Below, piece by piece: positions 53,601 to 54,400 of a stretch of 54,400 nt of DNA (positions are counted from its first letter, which is position 1; each line of letters begins with the position of its first letter). This stretch comes from Candidatus Levybacteria bacterium RIFCSPHIGHO2_01_FULL_41_15 (lineage in GTDB: Bacteria > Patescibacteriota > Microgenomatia > Levybacterales > UBA12049). Position numbers and translations under genes: made by a program. Where the stretch lies: contig MFNV01000008.1 of the NCBI GenBank assembly GCA_001782165.1, forward strand, positions 1-54,400, in the 5' to 3' direction. The notes beneath the pieces were generated by a model, which searched no databases, was not told where the DNA came from, and worked only from the letters and a program-made list of their open reading frames with translations.

Positions 53601-54304
53601 GTCGAACACGCGCCATACAGCGTCCCATCCTGGCAAGTGGATGGGGGAGGGGGGGAAATCGCTTGACACGCCGACGTGCCACAAGGCTGATTCGTGCAGT
53701 ACGAGTTTGGCTGACCAGTTGAACCTCCGTCACTAAAGCCATAGTCACTACAAGTTACGCCTAGCCCGCCTAGACACATGACAGTTGTATTAGATCCGCA
53801 GCCAGCTTCACTGGGAGGAATCCCGTTATCACTATCCAAAATGTTTGCGTTTACAGGTGTAGATCCGCTGCAACAAGTTTTGTATATACTTCCTTGTTGA
53901 CACTCGCATAACCCCTGCTTCATGGTAGGCGGATAACTCGCATTATACTTATCCGCAGTAGAACAAAAATTTGTAGCTTTTACGTACCAGACCCCGCAAG
54001 TTAATCCATCCTGTGATACGCATTCCGTCGAGGTATATTTCCCCCAAGGGTTACCTATGGTGCATGCTGTACCACAATTTTCAGATAATCCAACAGACGC
54101 AGCATTCCAGCAAGGCGTAGGCTCGCTACATCCGGGGTCAACGGGATTTGGGCATGCAGGTAAACCCGACCCGCTAAAATCGCTCCATCCTATGATTTTT
54201 GCAGAAACTGGAGAGGCATGGGAGAAAACAAGAATGCCCAGAATACTAACAATTGTCAGTATTGTCAGTATTCTTAATAAATTTAAAATGTTAACTGGTT
54301 TCAT
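50648..54304 (-). CDS. Large exported surface protein (1218 aa): Cys-rich N-terminus, Fn3/Ig-like and SdrD-B-like domains, P/T linkers, beta-rich C-terminal domain
   Basis: Signal peptide (VSA-K), many Cys pairs, ISGTVYMDTNENG and ISGNVFEDSNDDG, TPTP linkers, ends YQEVAP. Confidence 0.85.
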   Translation of the reverse strand: MKPVNILNLLRILTILTIVSILGILVFSHASPVSAKIIGWSDFSGSGLPACPNPVDPGCSEPTPCWNAASVGLSENCGTACTIGNPWGKYTSTECVSQDGLTCGVWYVKATNFCSTADKYNASYPPTMKQGLCECQQGSIYKTCCSGSTPVNANILDSDNGIPPSEAGCGSNTTVMCLGGLGVTCSDYGFSDGGSTGQPNSYCTNQPCGTSACQAISPPPPSTCQDGTLYGACSTNKPQYCSNGTLINACGTCGCPDPGGQTCNTSTGACEAKVFIQGRLCRDDDGQGDCDANEPFILDPSASSSGCTNYVQPSGVGFSVSITGNQNFGPLYASSCNTEPYYSSGLIPAGSYTVTANVSSGWTVTSANNVSVNLTPSQWADVWFAIKPPAAPTPTPTPAPTLTVSATPATCAQGTYISLSWNSVTGATSYDVWRQPPGGTWTRLTPFGGIAPTSYTDSSVSRGNSYNYQVYANSAGVWSNIASVAASDFAVCPTVSPTAPPTPTPTPCQVTTSPSVLNLTVGGATGTVTASVTSGLGSATINRMRFGSYNTSLATVNPTTDLSSPYSTQVMAQACGATAVWGTADLSDGRICQSAAATDTNINVTCPTPTPTSPPTPTPDSSTTLTVFSWNWDTGRFFSGVPITGTQGGTSGTTTYQIGLETNINTTLTAPSSYNGVPFKGWLSCNSRPSTYSCRKSVAVGSDATVIVDYQTTYIISGTVYMDTNENGAKDVGESNYSGGTTVTGPASTTTDISGFYSFSGLGPATYIISLTVPSGYIATTANPGSASLPPDGVVNFGIKPEPTYTISGNVFEDSNDDGVKNGTETNYSGSITISSTGGTVTYPGGGTFSVANLVAGSYTISHDLPSGYTRTYPTNGPPASFTVTVGPSCSTGGANSATCSSGNITSLNFGILSYSPWIQSYGTDVRFDDGFINRMPPFVSDPPTCGSYSSAASYEGYEKINPSSGEYDEGISFTGDSPSDFGSGTAGRHNGWVAGGTSNPEVYNPSKGVLPTSYSFVLSLLKRKGLTSSDISGRCGGGGLGNCQISSSLPLTSGTLGIYKADGNLNLTINTSPLFQNNGDYIILVNGNMTIKNSIEVQTGTTAVFVVSGNITVDKNVGTSDIINSTEKHLQGFYSTDKSFILEGLNNCPATSDKRLNVGGAVIVNAARGGGSFVNNRSLCDSNSLCPVFSVQSRADFIINAPSEIQTQKTVYQEVAP

Positions 54305-54400
54305 TTACTGGAACAGGTTAGGAAAAAGTTGTTTTAGAATTGCCTCGTCTGTACCCAATGTACCCTTGTTCGGATCCTTTATAGAAAAAGTAATTACAAC
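54305..54400 (-). CDS. 3' end of an upstream gene running off the window
   Basis: Frame VVITFSIKDPNKGTLGTDEAILKQLFPNLFQ* ends in TAA immediately before ATG 54304. Confidence 0.55.
   Translation of the reverse strand, partial: VVITFSIKDPNKGTLGTDEAILKQLFPNLFQ

Noticed and set aside
3994-53748. Numerous short antisense or alternate-frame ORFs in the track (e.g. 5140, 6130, 14333, 29413, 41322, 53188)
   Set aside because: They overlap well-supported genes and lack motifs; shadow ORFs.

Overview
54.4 kb of a Patescibacteria (CPR) chromosome, most likely Microgenomates/OP11. This is inferred from the insertion-bearing 16S rRNA, the reduced gene set and the lineage-style surface proteins; genetic code 11. 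The window opens in the 3' third of an unlinked 16S rRNA gene with two hairpin-loop insertions, one encoding a GIY-YIG nuclease, both closed by the same 12-bp stem. It continues with tRNA-Cys and tRNA-Ile, a cohesin/dockerin surface-protein cluster, a thymidylate/folate locus (dcd, tmk, dut-like, thyA, folA, glyA), an orphan fabF with a divergent methyltransferase, rpsB-tsf-frr-rseP, oxidative pentose phosphate genes (pgl, zwf, gnd), proS, hit-rpsU-ybeY-dnaX-ybaB, prs-recR, cysS, an RnfD-like/FNR fusion, a CsoR-controlled thiol/metal operon, ychF, rpsF-ssb-rpsR, ctpA, htrA, murB and a 1218-aa surface protein. The most striking unexplained structure is a pervasive repeat system: short GC-rich palindromes plus 7-nt periodic arrays. 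These form composite intergenic elements and are also inserted in frame into many essential genes. Other highlights are an NlpC/P60-like reading frame mostly missed by the ORF track, a displaced duplicate of the GlyA C-terminus, and two unrelated genes sharing the same first six codons. All product calls come from motif recognition by eye; no database searches were run.
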